This document shows, piece after piece, positions 63,376 through 64,000 of a DNA stretch of 64,000 nucleotides. Each line of letters begins with the position of its first letter. Position 1 is the stretch's first letter. Source of the stretch: a virus. A model generated the notes under the pieces. It had not been told where the DNA came from and ran no database searches. It worked only from the letters and a program-made list of their open reading frames with translations. The translations under genes and the position numbers were made by a program. The stretch spans positions 1 through 64,000 of the IMG/VR virus record IMGVR_UViG_3300025085_000010, one strand, 5' to 3'.

Positions 63376-63665
63376 TTAATGTAAAACTGTTTCGTATTAC
63401 TACTGGTGAAGAAGTGGTTGCAGAACTTGTTTCTGAAACTGATGATACTATAACCGTTCAGAATGGTTTAGTTGTTCTTCCTACAAATACTGGTGTGGGA
63501 TTTGCACCATGGGCCACTGTGATTGATCAGGAAAATCCAGAGATTACAGTGTCTAAACACCATGTCGTTTATATTGCTCCTGTGCAAGAAGATGTGGCCA
63601 AACGCTATAATGAAATGTTTGGTAGCAAGTTAATTACACCTGATAAGAAAAAACTGATTGTCTGA
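63372..63665 (+). CDS. Sm-like fold hypothetical protein
   Basis: VKLFRITTGEEVVAE....GFAPW....Y..MFGS.LI.P pattern. Confidence 0.75.
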   Translation: MINVKLFRITTGEEVVAELVSETDDTITVQNGLVVLPTNTGVGFAPWATVIDQENPEITVSKHHVVYIAPVQEDVAKRYNEMFGSKLITPDKKKLIV

Positions 63666-63667
63666 TT

Positions 63668-63871
63668 ATGAAAAACCAAAAAGTAAAAGCACAAGTTAAA
63701 TCTAAGTGGTACTACATTTTCTGGGGTACTGCCACTGTGTCAGTTGTTTTAGGTCAACTATATGTTGGCACTGGATATCGTTACATGTATAGTGGTATGC
63801 AAGAACTACTTAATAAAGTTGATGGAGTTCTTCTTCATACAACCCCTGATAATGAATCTAAATTTTATTGA
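63668..63871 (+). CDS. Small single-pass membrane hypothetical protein
   Basis: Basic N-terminus followed by hydrophobic WYYIFWGTATVSVVLGQLYVG. Confidence 0.7.
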   Translation: MKNQKVKAQVKSKWYYIFWGTATVSVVLGQLYVGTGYRYMYSGMQELLNKVDGVLLHTTPDNESKFY

Positions 63872-64000
63872 TGATCATATCTAATGATGATGCCGTTTGG
63901 GCCGCAGATGAATTCATCAAGTATTTCTCTCAGATGGGAAATATTGAGGACTATCTGCGTTTTGTGAAAAAAGAAGTAATCAAGTCTACAAGTTCTCTTG
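63871..64000 (+). CDS. N-terminus of a hypothetical protein (3' truncated)
   Basis: ATG 63871 overlaps the upstream TGA. Open to the window end: MIISNDDAVWAADEFIKYFSQMGNIEDYLRFVKKEVI... Confidence 0.7.
   Translation, partial: MIISNDDAVWAADEFIKYFSQMGNIEDYLRFVKKEVIKSTSSL

Noticed and set aside
1-64000. tRNA genes or alternative genetic code
   Set aside because: No cloverleaf or T-loop signature was seen in the intergenic gaps, and core genes read through fully with the standard code, with all three stop codons used as terminators.

Overview
A 64-kb segment of a T4-like marine cyanophage (Synechococcus/Prochlorococcus myovirus type). It is AT-rich, and every credible gene is on the + strand. 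From left to right: (1) 1-1.9 kb is the end of an early region with small ORFs, several near-consensus sigma70 promoters and mostly non-coding DNA. That DNA carries three tandem DnaA boxes, iteron-like repeats and RNA hairpins/a pseudoknot, and is a candidate replication origin or control region. (2) 2-48 kb is the virion morphogenesis block: a glycosyltransferase-like gene, gp25, gp6, a 4140-aa gp7, gp8, a VrlC-like protein, gp13-gp16, two accessory modular proteins, gp17-gp23 and gp3, mostly preceded by T4-type TAAATA late promoters. (3) 48-64 kb holds recombination/replication genes (uvsY, uvsW, gp55, gp47, gp46, gp45, gp44), interspersed with a flavin-dependent halogenase, a 2OG-Fe(II) oxygenase, a sulfotransferase, a vWA/MoxR (CobT/CobS-like) pair, a DenV-like glycosylase and SpeD. 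I saw no tRNA, rRNA, CRISPR array, intron or intein. The most interesting signals are the DnaA-box origin-like region, a basic Cys-rich modular protein punctuated by gp21-type cleavage sites (candidate packaged polyprotein), a G-[IVLF]-[GAS]-[ST] motif across unrelated virion proteins (candidate modification sequon), an NblA-like small gene, a conserved upstream box on three promoters, and an antisense promoter facing back into the late genes. All gene calls come from motif recognition and gene order, not from database searches.
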